A stretch of 64,000 nt of DNA from NCBI GenBank assembly GCA_964016885.1, contig OZ024740.1, forward strand, positions 204,972,001 through 205,036,000, written 5' to 3'. This document shows, one piece after another, positions 62,091-64,000 of the stretch (the stretch's first letter is position 1; each line of letters begins with the position of its first letter). A program made the position numbers and the translations under genes. The notes below the pieces were generated by a model, which saw only the letters and a program-made list of their open reading frames with translations, ran no database searches and was not told where the DNA came from. This DNA comes from Eledone cirrhosa. Lineage: Eukaryota.

Positions 62091-64000
62091 CCATGCTTAA
62101 CCATTCATGGACCTTAACAACCAGCAAAACATACAAAATGAACTCTTATGAAAAATGGTGTATATGAACCTATATGCAATACGTCTATGTATAATAAATA
62201 TAAATTTAGTCTTGCTGTATTCTAAGCTGTTATTATGACATTAGGGTAAAAGCAGGTGCATTTCATGGTTAGTTTATCAATGCTTGCTTGCTTACACCTA
62301 GATGTTAGGGTATAGAAGATAATATTATTATTGTCAATAATACACAATTAATTATTTTAACGATATTTGCATATGCTAAACAGCCATCTGCAAAGCTGTG
62401 TGGATTCACTCAGTAATACAAACGTTGTTAGATGCATTGGTGCAAATATGTAAGTGAAAGGTCAATTGACCTTAAAACGCTTGTGTTCAGTATGTAGGTG
62501 AGATTATGAATGGTGTGAATACATTTAACCTATTTTTAAAATAATCAAGAGTTTGGTGGGATTTAGTAAACTTATTACAAGCTCTTTTAATAGCATCACA
62601 TTTTAAGCCCATTTTTCCTTTACTATTAAAGATTGGACAGGTCGTTATTGACCACACCTCTCATACACTATCTGTCAAGTACCAAAGTATAGAGGGTGCC
62701 AACACAGAAGAACCCTGCACAAATTCTAGACGAAGGCTATTGTAGAAGACACTTGCCTAAGATACCACATTTGCAAAGCAAACTCCACCTTAACCACACA
62801 ACCATGTCTCTGTATACTAAAAGTCTAAATACAAAGATCCCTAAAGACGACAGTGAGATTGAACACAAAAGCACGTGGTTGTGAAGCGAATTTTCTAACA
62901 CATTGCAGTTATATATATATAAATATAAAAAAAAAAGAAGCTTATAAACCTATTAAAAACAGTGTTTTCTAAAACAAAATTTATCAAAACAATGAAATAT
63001 TGCACTAGATAATAGATAAAACTTAATACACCAATTTAAAAATATTGGCATTTAATAATTTCAAAATCAAAAGATATTTTTGAAAGAATGTTTTAAAATA
63101 TTGCTATCTCAGCTGATAGCAATGATCACATTCGTTATATTTATATAACTGTAGATTATAAAAGAAAATAATACTACTTGTTTAAAGATAAATACGGGAG
63201 GTATTTTTTATTATATTATTGACCGAAAAGCGTTTATGATCTTTCAGTAGTATTGAGATAAATTTCCGAAGAAATGATATGATAAAAAAAAAACGAGATT
63301 TTATTAGAATTGAAAGAGAATAATTCTAGTAGTGTTTTCACAATTTAATAAACTACAGGGGCATAAAGAGCAAGAAAAGAGGAAATAAAACGATATATGG
63401 TTAGCAACAAAGAAGCTATTCGGTAGCCATCCACGTGTCTAGCAAAAATGAAGAAACCACGATCGCAAGAAATTTAAGATAATATTTTTCAGTAAATTTA
63501 CGGTCAACTACAAATATATATCCCCATAAAATGGAGTAAATAAATGTTATATATATATTAATTTATATGATTAATATCCATAAACCGACAGGAAGTGACA
63601 ATTTATTTGCAGTAATGGCGGAACAGGGATGGACGAACGACAGGCAACTAAGATGACACAAAATCTAGATAAAGTTGTAGAAGAGAGAAAAATAAAAATA
63701 TCTATTTTATCAGCGATGCAACGAATGTGGAAAATGAAAAGTATCCTATCATTAAGATCCATCACATGAGACAAACAGTATTAAGTAACCATATTAAAAT
63801 TGAATTCACACAACTTTAATTTAGTATCGCAACCTAGTGCGATATAAGTACTTTAGGTTTACAGCTTTTTTTTTATTTCTTAAAAAGAACTTTTAATGTG
63901 TTGGTTCCAGCTATCAGGCTGTGACCAAGTTATATAAATAATATACATAAATTACAGGTTAACAAATAATAGAAAGAGCAAGCAGTACTTGATTCACTTC

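Overview
AT-rich, microsatellite- and SINE-dense eukaryotic (animal) DNA. The repeat repertoire suggests a coleoid cephalopod such as octopus; that is an inference, not a database match. Three spliced genes were reconstructed by hand, with all splice phases compatible. (1) The last four coding exons of COMMD9 on the + strand (3180-9456). (2) A complete two-exon, 163-aa THAP zinc-finger gene on the - strand (25717-21392); the ORF track misses its first exon. (3) Thirteen coding exons of a DDX21/DDX50-type DEVD-box nucleolar RNA helicase on the - strand (61428-36795), including a 20-nt microexon carrying the Walker A motif. The helicase introns hold a piggyBac cluster: one apparently intact element (558-aa DDD transposase, TIRs, TTAA TSDs), one decayed element of a sister family, two copies of a single internal-deletion derivative, and an older fragment. 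About 8 piggyBac MITEs with the same termini are spread across the window. Other repeats include a CRE-type (RLE) non-LTR relic, RTE/CR1/Tx1-like LINE fragments, two tRNA-derived SINE families, hAT, Tc1/mariner and MULE remnants, and a set of microsatellite-embedded hairpin elements. Most short ORFs in the track are spurious.
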